Assembly (NCBI GenBank): GCA_028534125.1
Contig: CM052818.1
Coordinates: forward strand, 14,696,001-14,760,000
Direction of reading: 5' to 3'
Origin: Lama glama
Taxonomy: Eukaryota
Length of the DNA stretch: 64,000 nt
Shown here piece by piece: positions 13,039-26,031 of the stretch. The notes beneath the pieces were generated by a model that was given only the letters and a program-made list of their open reading frames with translations, ran no database searches and was not told where the DNA came from. The stretch's first letter is position 1. Each line of letters starts with the position of its first letter. Made by a program: the position numbers and the translations under genes.

Positions 13039-13633
13039 CTTAAAAAAACAATAAATAAGAGAAAAACAACTTAGATTAGGCCATAAAATATATGTGAAAG
13101 GGTTCTATTGAACTTTGTAATAATTATGGCCTGAAAATCCACCTCCCTGTTCCACAGTGCTTGGATATTTAACGTCACTGTTACATGATCTCCCACCATC
13201 TCCCATAGAAGCAGGGGCTGCCGTGGTGGAGAAGTAACGTTAGTAAAATTAGCCTCTTGCCTGGAACTCTAATCCAGTTGGGTTAATTTGTAATGGCCTG
13301 CCTGGCTCTATGCCCATGCTTTTCTTTCGCTCTGAGCTGAATCTGTTAAATTAACCTGACTTACAGCTATGCATGTGACTCTAGGGCCAGCTCAGCCCTC
13401 AGCAGGGGAGAGAACATAAGAAATCCTTTGTCAAGATCTCCTTGCCTCTGCCCTGAGTTACTGTTCCTCTGATTTCACACCAGTCCACCATGACTGGGTT
13501 CCTTGCTTTGTATCCCAGTTTCCCGCGACTGGGTTTCTCACTGTCAAGTCTCCATCTCCTTGTTATGGGTCCCTAATACTTAATGGGAGACTCCCACAAT
13601 ACCCAATGCCTGTATTTTTTTTTTCAGGATTAC

Positions 13634-13685
13634 CTTGGTATTTAAGGTATTTGTGCCACTTCCTTAACAATCTAGAACTTGGCCC
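13634..13685 (-). pseudogene. Relic exon, 52 nt, phase 0>1
   Basis: Weak acceptor gctaacag, donor AAG|GTAATC. Stop-free: GPSSRLLRKWHKYLKYQ. Confidence 0.4.
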
Positions 13686-13774
13686 CTGTTAGCGACATAT
13701 TCCACCAATCTGCACCATCCCCTCCCCAATTAACACCAGCTGATGGACTATACACGTCTACTTTTCAAATTCAT

Positions 13775-14020
13775 GGGAGGCAGTATGAATACCAGTTAAG
13801 AGTGTGGTTTCTGCAATCAGCTTTGCTAGGTCTGAAAGCTAGCACAGCTATGAATGACCTCGATTAAGTTTCTTAATCTCTGTATACCTTGGTTTCTTCA
13901 TCTCCAAAATAGGGATAAAGATAGCACCTGCCTTGCACATGGATAATCTATAGACAATGTATTACTACTGTGTCTAATAAATAATGAGCACTCCTTAAAT
14001 GTTAGCTGATGCTGTTATTA
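13775..14020 (+). mobile_element. MIR SINE
   Basis: Core-like cttaatctctgtataccttggtttcttcatctccaaaatagggataa. Confidence 0.75.
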
Positions 14021-14295
14021 TGTTTTTATCTACCCATTTATAGAAGTATACACTATATTACTATCTTTAGACCTTAAAGCCCTTGAGTTTAATGCTGAAG
14101 ATCTGCCTGATCCCATATGTCTATTCATTTCTGATCTGCTCCCATACTTCATGTAAATTCCTCCTTCCTAATTTATAGTAAATGTGATCATTTCCCCAAA
14201 ACCAAGTAGTAAGGCATTGAAATTCCTCACTTCTATCTTCCTTTCCTTTCAAAAAGGAAGGAGCTATTGCTCAACCAGCCTGAGCCTGTCCATAC

Positions 14296-14508
14296 TTCTC
14301 TTTATCTATGAGATGTGACTTTTACAGCCACTCTGTCGGAGCTTGTCTTGAAGAGCATCTGGGGTTTAGCTTGCTAAGCAGATGATTTGAAGTTTTGCAA
14401 AATCAAACCAAAATGGTGGTAGCTTTGAGTACTGGCCTGTTCCATTCTTGCAAGGCCATTTAGATACTCAAACCTGGAACTTCTAAGCTGTGATCTCAGA
14501 GGTAGAAT
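14296..14508 (-). pseudogene. Relic exon, 213 nt, phase 0>0
   Basis: Acceptor acaattttcag, donor GAA|GTATGG. Reads ILPLRSQLRSSRFEYLNGLARMEQASTQSYHHFGLILQNFKSSA*QAKPQMLFKTSSDRVAVKVTSHR*RE. Confidence 0.5.
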
Positions 14509-14933
14509 CTGAAAATTGTCATGTGTGGACCTTTGCACCTCATTTCATAGTCCCATATATTTGTGCAAATTTTATAAAATATGAATAAGAGTAAAGATTA
14601 AATGATGTAACATTTGTTTACATGATTCTGTTTTTATTCTATGCAAAGTTGGTACCACTATTCACACACATAATAATACCTTGGGTTAATAAAGTCTTAA
14701 ATATCACAATTATGTACATATATGCATGCCTGGGACATTGTGCTGTACACCAGAAATTGACACATTGTAACTAACTATACTTCAATTTTTAAAAAAATCA
14801 CTATTTCTGATATTTGAAGGCTTTATCACAAAGTGTGTTACATGTGTGACATCTTCAGAAACAGGGGAGCCAGAATTAGTGTGCATATTCTATAAATAAA
14901 AGAAACAAGAGATGGATAAAGTAAGTGACTTAT

Positions 14934-14998
14934 TCCAAACTCTTGAAGAATTGAACAAAAACTCCAGTCCCTGAACATCTGATACTTAGCTAAACTGT
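14934..14998 (-). pseudogene. Relic exon, 65 nt, phase 1>0, dead donor
   Basis: Strong acceptor ttcccccttctcctcag. Stop-free: (D)SLAKYQMFRDWSFCSILQEFG. Donor reads ATAAGT, i.e. GTAAGT with G>A. Confidence 0.5.
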
Positions 14999-15200
14999 CT
15001 GAGGAGAAGGGGGAATTGTTACTCATTCTTTGAAAAAAGATACTCTAAATACACACGGGTATTAAGGCTGGACTTAAAGTTGAATATATCCTAACACTAA
15101 TGATCCAATTTTGAAACATGAAACACTCAATTTACAGATTCAGCTCATGTTCAATATTTGTACTTAATGGTTTGCAGACAGATCTTTAGAATATATGTAC

Positions 15201-15290
15201 CTTCACCAAAATAACAATCCCTTACTCAATTTCACAGACTTGGGCAGCTTATCATTATTCCAGCCAAATGGATTGATAAAAAGTCAAAAT
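15201..15290 (-). pseudogene. Relic exon, 90 nt, phase 1>1
   Basis: Acceptor atttttctacacag, donor AAG|GTACAT. Reads (N)FDFLSIHLAGIMISCPSL*N*VRDCYFGE; both stops are TGA. Confidence 0.55.
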
Positions 15291-15966
15291 CTGTGTAGAA
15301 AAATTGCACCACCTTTCTGTAAGCATCAAAGGAGTGTCCTACTAAGGGTTAGCTATGGTAGTAGGAATGCCGTATAATTTTCAGTGCCATTTCTGAAACT
15401 CTAACTTAGGAATAACTTATCCTGTGCTTTCATCATTACTGATCAGCGTTGATTCATTGTAAGGGAGCGGCAGGGGCTTAGAGGAGGGAAGTAGACACTG
15501 CCAAGTCTAAACGTGGGGCAAGAACACAGACTCATCCAAGACTGTGTGTTCTACTCCGGGGCTGAACCCTGTCACCTCTCCCAGTATTTACTTCCCCTCT
15601 CTTTGGCTTCCCTTAGGGATTGATTACTCAGACTCATCTTGTGACCCGTGGACGATGAAGTGCCCTGCTATTACTTTTCAAAAGATGATCACAGAAAGTA
15701 CATTCACAGCTGTTTAAAATTAACACGTCTTTCTTATCAGAAACTGCTCAACTCTTTTCCTGACATCAACACATGATTGAAAGTTCTGTACTGTAAATTC
15801 TTTGTCCTTCCTGACTCTGCCCTTTATTTCTGCCTACAGCCCATAATAACAATGGATTGTCTGTCAGAGGAAACTGCGGCCTGACCCAGGCACATAAAAA
15901 TTCCAGACGCTCAACATCTTTAAATGATGGGTCCAGACTTATCCAGGAGAATCAGTTTCAACTCAC

Positions 15967-16098
15967 TTGGGTATTTAAATATTTTTAGTTTAGGATATTG
16001 AATGTGGAGTTGGCTCCCATCTCCCAAAAAATCCAGGACATCATGTGAATTTATGGTGATGGTGAGGATTGAGTCACGTTGGTGCGACTCTGGGATTT
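15967..16098 (-). pseudogene. Relic exon, 132 nt, phase 1>1, stop-free
   Basis: Acceptor ggcatttactgcag, donor CAA|GTGAGT. Reads IPESHQRDSILTITINSHDVLDFLGDGSQLHIQYPKLKIFKYP. Confidence 0.7.
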
Positions 16099-18256
16099 CT
16101 GCAGTAAATGCCAACAATTAAGACCAGCACATTTATACAAGACTTCATTTTCTCACAAATGTTCCTGTATTTTCTCCAAATATTTAAGTTAAAGTAGGCA
16201 CCAAAGTGGTAACTCTACTGGAGTAAAACGTTAGATACAACACTAGGTTACCCACCTCCCACCCCCTGGATTTTCTGTAGTGAGTTTTTAATCCTAGGTT
16301 GGCTGCCTTATGTTACTTGGCATCCTTTGGAATGTCCCTCACTCCCTTGTTGTATATTCAGAAAGTGAATGCCTAATTTATTATTTGTCTAAGAAAAAAA
16401 TAAATAGGAAAGAAATCCTTAAGGCATTCCAGAGCCAAAAATGATTATCACTAATGGGGAGTAATCTTTGTCATTGGGTCCTCATTAGTATGAATAATGT
16501 ATTATCCACTTATTTCCTTTAAAAACTGTCAAAGATAAAGATCACTAGCAATTTAATTTTTGAACACAAAAGAGGAAAATAAAAATGATGCCAAAACACT
16601 TAGCATCCCAGAATAAGGAGAACACCAACAAGCAAGAGAGGTGAACCTTATTGTGACAATAATGTCCTTGAAACCTAAGAAGAGCTCCAGTCACACTCTG
16701 CCCAGCCCTCTCCTCACTCAGGCCTGCTAGAGATGCACAGCTGTGTTGTCCACACCTGGACTGGAAATTTTTAGAAGGCAAGGACTGCATCTCATCATGG
16801 TGTGTATCCCTAATAACTAACATGGTGCCCAGCACATTGTAGATACTCAACAACTACCTGAAATGATTGGAACAGGCTTTTGTGAGGGCCAGTTAACAAG
16901 CCCAGTCATACTGTGCCCCAGGCTGGTGGTCCCTTCTCTGGCCATCTTTTAACCATTTAGGATTTGAGGACTATCCATTTTCAGACATGCTGCAGGAACA
17001 CGTTTAAGCCCAACCTTCCTTCTCCTCCTCCCTCCTGCCTACTTTTTTGCCCCAAGAACATAATCACTCATGTCTGTAAGTTCTGTACACTGCAAAGTAC
17101 TTTCACATACAGTGTTTTTCTCTAGACCTTTTGAAGTAGGGAAGGCAGACATAATTCCCATTTAACACGTAAGGAATGAGAGGTTTAGGAAGGTTAAATA
17201 ATTTGGTCAAGGTCACACAAAGGTAAAATGCTCTTTTTGCAACCTTAGTATTAAGACCAGACGAACAGTAACAGAAACTTAGTATCACTGTTCCATGGAC
17301 TAGTGAGACATCCTGCTTCCAAATGCACCTCACATTCAGGAGCTGCCTGTCTTTCACTCAGTCTCCCTTACTACTGCTTACGTGTCTGAGACACATCATA
17401 ATGCAATGCTTTGCTTAATAAAGAAAATAACGTTCGTTAAATGAAAAACAGTACCACTATAATCATGGAATAGAAGAAAACATCAGTTCCTCAAAGAACC
17501 ATGAAGGCAGTATCTTCAGTAAGGTTTGCCTTAAAGGAACTAATGTCTACCAAATTACTAGGAAAATTGCTTCCTAAATTAAAGATGAATCAATTAAAAT
17601 TATACTAGAAATGAATGAGAACCAAAATTCTTTGGATCAACCAGTTTTCAGCTTTCTCCCATTTAAAATAATTCTGACAGGAATTAAAATTTTAGTGGCA
17701 AATCATGTAAAGATAAGATAGCAGTGTGGGCTTATCCAGAAGCAGAAAGCAGGTCTTCAACCATTTCTAACCCGTGCTGTAAAGGCAAGTGCTTGAGACT
17801 ATTTAAATTCATATCAGTATCTAAATTCTATGCTCATAAACCAACAAAGCTCTCAAACTTCCAAAATTCACTCCGAATAGCTAATAGGAAGAGTGGTCTA
17901 GGAAAAAAAAAAGTACAGAAAAAGCTTACACCCAGATTTATTCTGTAATTTTTGTAAATCACATTTTTAGAAAGAGGTAGGAAGTAAGTAAAATTCTAAA
18001 GATAGGCTTTTCCTTAGTTATGTAAAGTATTTTATTTCTAATCTAAGAGGAATAGTTCTTTCTTATATTAGATGTTTCAGTTCTCACCATTTAAGGTTAG
18101 TTGAACAAGGAAAATTCAATGAAATACAAATTAAAATTGAGCCAAATGGGGGCTGTCAGACTGATGAGACTCATTCTGACTTCTGCTGTTTTCCCAAAAG
18201 AATCTCACAATCTTTGTTTTTAACAAGACAGAGACAAGGAAGGCAGACATACATAC

Positions 18257-18338
18257 TTCAGCTTGAGGGTAGAGTTGTGACTCCCAAAGCTGTCAGGTAC
18301 CTGGAATATCATGGCTTCAAGGGAAAGGGAAAGCTATT
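18257..18338 (-). pseudogene. Relic exon, 82 nt, phase 0>1
   Basis: Strong acceptor ttcttcttctgttttgcag, donor GAA|GTATGT. Reads NSFPFPLKP*YSRYLTALGVTTLPSS*; both stops are TGA. Confidence 0.55.
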
Positions 18339-18809
18339 CTGCAAAACAGAAGAAGAATTTGGGGGTGGGCAGGGCATTGCAGTTAAGGGACAAGGATGAG
18401 AGAGAAAGGATAGTGGAAGACCCTATGGTTTGCAAGGGGACCCTTACCAATACCCATAAAATGCTTGAAGGCATGTGCTGTAGAAACTGGAAAGGATGGA
18501 GATTTATACCCAGACTGACATCACAAATTGGGGTGGCCTCCAGAGAGACACAGGAGGGAGACCATAAGGATGTAAGGCCTGGGAATTAGAACTTGTACAG
18601 AGAGCTTCAGGCTTCCAAAGGCTATAAAATGACTGGGATCTACACTAACTACACAGATTTCTCAGTGCTGAGGCAATTCCAGATGATAGGAGTTATACAG
18701 CAAATGATTACTAGGGATCACACAACAACACATATTAGGTCAGTTTGTAAATTCTGTCTTTTCTTGTACTCTCATTCTTCCAAACATCAAGAATCCAATT
18801 GTAATAACA

Positions 18810-18985
18810 GCATGATCTTTGAAGTCAGACAGATCTTAAGTCAAATCCTAGCTCTGCCCTTTCCTAGCTGTGAGACTTGAACTAGTCACTTAACTTCTGA
18901 TCCTCAGTTTCTTCATTCAATAAAAATGAGACAATACACCTTGCGATGTCTGGCATATAAGAAGTGCTCACTAAATATATGTTTA
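18810..18985 (+). mobile_element. MIR SINE
   Basis: tcaaatcctagctctgcc...gtcacttaacttctgatcctcagtttcttcat. Confidence 0.8.
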
Positions 18986-19297
18986 CTAATTGACAGGTTT
19001 GCTGTGAAAGATGTGACATGAATGCCAAGCCCATGTGTGGCCAGGCCCTCAACAAACCTTAGCTGGTGGCTCCTCTAGTCATCCTGTTTTGTGACTACTT
19101 GAAGGACCAAGGTTTATAAAGAACAAGGCGCTTCATGCCAGGCATTTTACTCAAAATTTGCTATGGCCACTAACCTAGAGAAACTCTCATGTGATTGGTG
19201 TTATGTGCTATTACTAATAAAGCAGGGAGTTGATAATTTAGTCATGTATAATTATGCTTTTTATTAATGTACATATAAGGACTTTTTTTTTATAGAC

Positions 19298-19660
19298 TGT
19301 ATTAATCAGCTATTACCACAATAATCCCATAGAATAAAGCACCCCAAACTCAGTGAATTATAACAAGCTGGTTTATTCTCATGCTTATGTACATTAACAG
19401 AAGTATGGCTAGGGCTTGTCGAGGTGGCTCTGCTTCCACTAGTGAGTTGAGCCAGGTTCACTCCCCCTGTGTTCATTCTGGAACCAAGCTAAAGGGCCAG
19501 CAATTGCCCAGGCAAAGCCCTTCTCATGGCAAATTACCAGTGTGCACAACAAAAGCCCAACTACAAAAGCATACTTAAGGACTTGCGTCACATTCACTAA
19601 CAGTCCATTGACTAAACCGAGTCTCATGGCCAAACTCAACACCAGTGGGATGGGGGCTGA
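19298..19660 (-). mobile_element. MaLR (MLT1-type) LTR
   Basis: Starts tgtattaatcagctattacc...ccccaaactcagtg, the reverse complement of the MLT1 end. Confidence 0.7.
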
Positions 19661-19913
19661 ACAACAGACAAAAAGTACCCAACAATGAATAGTAAAAATT
19701 TAATTAGTTGAGTGTAATGGCATTATATATCTGTATTTCTACATGGAATTAAATTTATATTAATGGGACTAAAAGGAAAAATCTATGGTAATTAAGGAAG
19801 AGATTCTGAAGAGATGAGGCACTAGTGAAGATGAAAATTTCTGATATTCCAATTACTAAATAAGTGAGGTAACTCAGGATTCAAATGTTCATTTATAATT
19901 ATATAGGAAATAC

Positions 19914-20028
19914 TTTCAAGCATGTTTTACATGTTTCAGCTGAATCAGCCTTTTTATTCAAACTGCTATATATCAAACTATCAAAAGTAATTGATATCAT
20001 TATTAAAGTAGAAGATAACAAATCCTTA
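19914..20028 (-). pseudogene. Relic exon, 115 nt, phase 2>0
   Basis: Acceptor tttcataaaatag, donor AAA|GTATTT. Stop-free: KDLLSSTLIMISITFDSLIYSSLNKKADSAETCKTCLK. Confidence 0.4.
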
Positions 20029-20356
20029 CTATTTTATGAAATTTACAGTTAAATAAATATCTGTCATCTTTTCAAATTCCTAAGTGTATTTGGAGAAGGT
20101 TCTAACACACCTCATTTATTTAAAAAAAAAAACTTTGCAAAATGTATTAAAATTGCTTTTTAAAGAAAATAAAACATTAGTCCAACATAAGCACTTTAAA
20201 GTTTAAGCATTTTCAACAAACTTAAAATTCTCGGTTGAGAAAATAGCCAACAACAAAAGCACATGTAGTCAAAGGAGCACCAATCTGTTTTCAATCATCA
20301 TTTTATAATTTATTCAGTGCAAGCTTAGAGAAATGATTTTAATTAAGAAAGATTAC

Positions 20357-20579
20357 ACTTGGGTATTAATATGATAAAATATGCTGACATGATATTTCAA
20401 ATCCATGGGGTGATAACAGAAACAAAGAATTCCTTGGCAGTATAACAGAAAATTTAATTTCTAGAGCTCCATTGTTCTCCATTTGGGGCTTCAGTGAAAT
20501 AATATTAAAAATCCACTTTAGGTATTGGAGATTCCTTAGAACCAACTACTTTGGTGAATAATGCTGTGAACTGCCTTTA
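20357..20579 (-). pseudogene. Possible relic exon, 223 nt, phase 1>2
   Basis: Acceptor cctcctatccag, donor AGT|GTAATC. Has 4 stops and ends KLNFLLYCQGILCFCYHPMDLKYHVSIFYHINTQ. Supported mainly by phase fit to its neighbours. Confidence 0.3.
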
Positions 20580-20639
20580 CTGGATAGGAGGTACAGCATT
20601 AGATATTAATTCTAATAAGCCAATCTGTGATGTATTCTT

Positions 20640-21860
20640 TTAAACTCTAACATATTGTCATTTCTCTTCTACTTTCCCTCATTATTCCTCTTTTCAGAAA
20701 TCTCCTGTATGTCTGCTGATCTGAACAAATCTCAAATCCAAACTCCTCATGGTAGCATACATAATCCCCCATCACGCTGTACCAACTCATTCGCGATTAC
20801 CCCATAATATGAGTGCGTTACTCTTGCTAAACTCATCTGATGATTCAAAAATGTATCTTGAGCATGTAATTCCTCACTTGCAAAACAGGCATCCAGTACC
20901 TCTGTGTAATATTTGACCCATTTTTTAAGGCTCTATTCAAGTCCCACCTCTTATATTGAAGATTTCCTAGTCAAGTTCATCTTCAGAGAGTTCTTCTACC
21001 TCTAATCTTTGACGGCATTTATTGTCTGACTGTATACATGTAATTTATCACATAATTATTTTGAATGGTTGAACTTTTCTTGTGTATCTTCATATCCCTT
21101 TGTAGATTATAATGGCTTTAAGCGTGAATTCCATGTCCAAGATACATACTATTCCAAGATTCAGTCTCCTTTTCTCCCTTATGAATAGAATTCACATTTT
21201 GTTTGGATGGCAATGCACCCATTTAAAAATACTCACCTTGAAAATCCCTTGGCAGATGGAAAAATGTCCATGTGACCTAAGTTGTGACTAAAGAGATAAG
21301 AGCAGAGATCTCTAGAAAAGCTACTATTTTCCTGATAGAAAGGGACAGAAACATGAATGATACTTGGAGGTGGAAGAGCCTCAAATGACCACAAGGACAA
21401 AAGCTATACGTAGGACAAAAAACCTGAGACACTGATGACATTGTAATACAACTGTACCAGCCCTAGACTGCCTACCGCTAGCCTTGTTATTTGAGAAAAA
21501 TAACTCTTGTTTGGTTAAGCTACTCCAATTGGACTTCCATTACATACAGCAAAATGGCAATCCTAAGTGAAATGACTTAACACTATTCTTATGAATAAGA
21601 TATTTTAAATAATTAATAATTGTTCAATGCTTAGCATTGTGCTAGTATGCAGAAACAACAAAAATAAATACATATGATCCCTGCTGAACAAGTTATCAAT
21701 TGAAGGAAAGACATATAAAGCAAATGATTAATACAAGTTGGATGTGACTCATTTAATATTTATTGGGTGCATGTATGGATATACAGCACACCAGCAAAGG
21801 GGCTCTTCAGGACAGAAAGGTAAATTAGTCAAAGATTATCTCCTCAAAGAGCTTAAAAAA

Positions 21861-21912
<52 letters not shown>

Positions 21913-22330
21913 ATACATACATACACTGTATTATTTACAAAATCTATTGTAAAATCTATCTATAAATAGATATAGATATATATCTGATAAAGGCAATGTG
22001 TAGGTCTAAGCATTATAAAAAGAAAGCAAAAATTAAATCCTAGTTTCAAGGAAGGCAGAACTACTTTTAATTAATGAGGTCAAGAAAGGGTTATTTCATA
22101 CAGAAGGTACACTTGTGAATGACCTTGAAGAAGGGGTAAGATGTAGGCTTGTGGAAATGAGGGTGGGGTGAAGGAGTATTTGGATTTTAGGTAACAAGGA
22201 AAAGAGAAAAGTCAAAAAAGTGATAAGGTTTTGCGCTAAGATAATGGTGGCAGTGTTAACAGAAATACAATAGAAGAAGGTACATATTTGGGAGGATAAA
22301 TAAAGCACTGGATTTAGGATCACAGTTAGT
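20640..22330. mobile_element. Cluster of L2 fragments and an MLT1 LTR (about 21150-21570), with a (TA)n(CA)n microsatellite near 21863-21925
   Basis: L2-like phrases; MLT1-like ttgtttggttaagctact; visible dinucleotide repeat. Confidence 0.55.
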
Positions 22331-22544
22331 CTTAATAACAAAATCAACAGATGGAAAACAAGGTTTCCTTCAACCCTCATCTCACTCCACCCATCATTGT
22401 ATCCTCTACTTCCTTTCACATCCTGCTGAAGGCACGTGTTTGGCAATTATCTATATGATAATCTTACTCCACTGTCTTTAAGCCAGCTTTAACGTATTAA
22501 AGATCCAACTGAAATATTCAACATAATTAACAATGAAAACCTGG

Positions 22545-22735
22545 ACTTGTGCTGCCCAATGCGGTAGCCTCTAACCTGTTGGCTGTTCACATTTAAATTA
22601 ATTAAAATCAAGTAAAATTAAAATTCAGTTTTTCAGTCTCATTAGCCCAATGGTAAGTGGTCAATGGCCACATGTATTGCCTAATGGGGAAATACTCCCA
22701 CAGTTGCAGGAAGCTCTATGAGGCAGTGATGACCT
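22545..22735. mobile_element. MER3/MER33-like hAT transposon
   Basis: gctgcccaatgcggtagcc...ttaaaatcaagtaaaattaaaattcagtt. Confidence 0.65.
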
Positions 22736-22749
22736 AGAGTCTTTCTCTC

Positions 22750-24440
22750 AAGTCAGGGAAAAGCTCTGCTGCCTTCATTATATTCAACACTTTTCTAGAC
22801 TAGGTTTGAATTTATGCAATGGGTCAGAAGGGAAATAAGATCTAAATAATGGGAAAAATAGGAAAATAAAATAAAAATCTAGTAAAACAAATGAATGATT
22901 GAAAAATAAGAAAACAAATATAATTAATATGTATCTGAACTAGCGATAATCAGAAAATGTGAGAAAAGGCTCTCATTCACAATATCAAAGGATAAAGTAT
23001 TTTGAAATAATCTCCACAAAAATGTGCTACAGTTACATACATAAAACTTTAAAAAGTCACAAGCAAAAAAATAAGATGAATAGAGGTAAATTTTATGTTT
23101 TTCCTGACATGCAACATTGTGTAAGTTTAAGGTATACAACATTATGATATGATATATTTATATACTGTGAAATGATCACCACAATAAGGTTAGTTAATAT
23201 ATCCATCACCTCACATTGTTACCTTTGTGTGTGTGTGTGTGTGATGAGAGCATTTAAGATCTACTCTCTTGGCAGCTTTCTAGTATAGAACACAGTACTG
23301 TTGACCAAAGCTATCATGTTTCATATTATTTGATGGGAAGATATTATAAATATGTCAATCTTCCCAAATTAATCTTTATATTTAACATAATTTTGATTAA
23401 AAAAAAACACTTAAGTTGCAAAAAATGTTTGCAACTTGACAAATTATCCTCAAATTTATCTGGAAGATGAGCAGCTGTTAGAGAAAAGCCAAAAAACTTT
23501 AGGAAGAAGTTTTGCTCAACCAGACATCAATTGAAGCATATTATAGACACTCAATAATTAAAACAGTATGCATCTTGCACAGGAGTAGAACAGATTAACG
23601 AAACAAAACGTTAAAGCCTAGGAAAGATCCAATTATTTATATGGACCATTGTTTATGACAAAACTGGCATCTCAAATTAGTAGAGGGGTGAATTATTTAA
23701 CAAGTTTTAGAAAAACAGAGTTAGATTCCTATCTCATAATATTTAGGATAAATTCTACATGGGTTAAAGGTTTTAGTTTTAAAACAGAAAACACCAAAGT
23801 ACTAGAAGAACACAGAGTTGAGTAATTTAAAAATACCTGTATTGGGAAGGAATTCTTAAGCATGATCCCAAAGGCAGAAACCACAATGAGACTGCCAGAT
23901 TGGATTCATAAAAACGTAAGATTTATGTATGGTACAAACTCCACCATAAACAGTTATCAAAGAATCTTTAATGACCTAATTTTGATCATTACGAGCTTTG
24001 TTACATAAGTTTTTTATATAATTATATAATTTCATATAATTATATAATTTTTAATATAATTTTATATCTCAATATCTCAATAGTGGCATGTCATACAGCT
24101 ATTAATAATGACCAAGGGGGGAGATATATATATATATACACACATATACATACACATACACACATACATATTTACTGACATGGAAAGATTTACAAAAAAA
24201 ATTCTATCTAAATAAGTATGGTGTGATTCCAGTTTTATAAAAAATTATGTACCTAGTCATAAATTTATATAATTTACCATGTAATTAAAAGTCTGGAAGA
24301 ATAGACATCAAGATCTTAATATCAGCCATCTCTAGATGTTATTATAATAGATATTTGTTTTATTTAATCTACATCTTATCATTTTTCTAGAAGTAAATCT
24401 GTATTACCTAGGTAATAAATAAGATGTATTTTGAAATTCT
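22750..24440 (+). mobile_element. Old L1 remnant with an antisense L1 3' fragment nested at about 23115-23330
   Basis: L1 ORF2-like text; the nested piece reads tactgtgaaatgatcaccacaataaggttagttaatatatccatcacctcac. Confidence 0.7.
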
Positions 24441-26031
24441 TGTGGTGAAAATGGCCAAGACATAAAAGTAAAAGGTAGCTTCTATTAAAACGTGGTTATT
24501 TCTAGGTGACAGGATTATAGGTGATTTGAATTTTTTCCTTTACATAAGGTTTTTCACTATTTTTGTACAGGAACATATTTACTCTTTTTAGTCAAAATGA
24601 AATAAAACTTGATTCATCAACTGCATCTGGCTCCTGTGCAGCCACAGATCACACAACTACTTTATAAAAGGAAATCTGCTAGCCCAGTGGGTGAGTTGAC
24701 TAATGAAGGAGACACACGTCCCTCAGTTTCACACTTATCACTGGGATCATATGTCATAAGCTGTGTTTGCAATGTCAGAAATAAAGCCTTTTTCTTTGTC
24801 CCCTTTCAGTGTCTTCACACCTATTTTGATACTGGGAGCAGGGAAGCAGAAGGCCTGCAAGTCAGACCACTATTAACATGATCATAACTAGGTTATTCCA
24901 GCCCCAGTGAAGCACAGGGAAATGCATTCGGTCAGCAGGCAGGGGACAGGAAATTACCTCTGAGGTTCCAGGATGACAGGTGAACTCAAACTAAAATTAA
25001 AAAGCAAAACAACGTAGAAAGCCTATGTGTAATTTGATGTGTGATCTAGGACAAGTGTTTCCTGTCATGTGAGAGGCAACCCATCCACTATGGTTATGCA
25101 AAGATCATGTTCACCCTAAGTGTTAGCCAGAGGAATTAACAAATTTTCCAAAAGATTTCCACATCTCCAAAAATAAAAACAGGCTCAGGCAATAGGAAGA
25201 TCAGTAAGACAAAGTCTCTAGCTTCAAATGGAGAAACAATCCAAAATGTACCCTGCTAAAAAAACTAACGTGGACACAGCATCACCTCTACAAGGACACC
25301 AAATTCATTCATTCACTCATTTCATCATATGTTTAATCCTTCATTCACCCACAATGAGTACCTACTATGTGCCAAGCACTAAAGCAGGCAGTAGGTAGAA
25401 CTTACAATCAGCCCCTTATCAAATGTAAACATGTGATGCCCTTGACTGAAATCCTGCCAGAAAAAAAAGAAAAAAGAAATCCTGCCAGATATAAATTAAC
25501 TACAAATAAATTAGAAAGAAAAAAAGGAATAAAGCAGAATAACTGGCATTACGAAAGATACAGCTTTGGTCTGACTGGATTTTCAAACATTGGTTAGCCT
25601 ACCATTCTGGTTAATTAGAGATGGAAATATGAGTTTTAAAGTAGTAGGAAAAAAGAGGGCACTGTATTGCAATACATACAGAAATGGGAGATGTCATTTA
25701 GATATTGGAAACACAGACAGGGTAGGAAAAAAAAACTGGTGAGACTAGAATTAAATTTTTTCTTTAGTAAATGAATTGCTTCTACAATTTAGGAATTAAA
25801 TATAAGTAGTAAATATCTGAAAATTGAACATCATAGTCCTCAAAGTAAAAGAAAAATGATATACTCAAACATAGAAATAACAATCCTGCCCAGAGCCAGG
25901 TCTGCATCAGAAGACATCAAAGCTGGAATTCACAGTCTTTCAGCCCAGCTAAGTAGATGACGATGCTCATAGCTTCCACAGAGCAAGGGACTAACAATGG
26001 TTAGGTTTGTCTCTTAAAACCTGGAACATAC

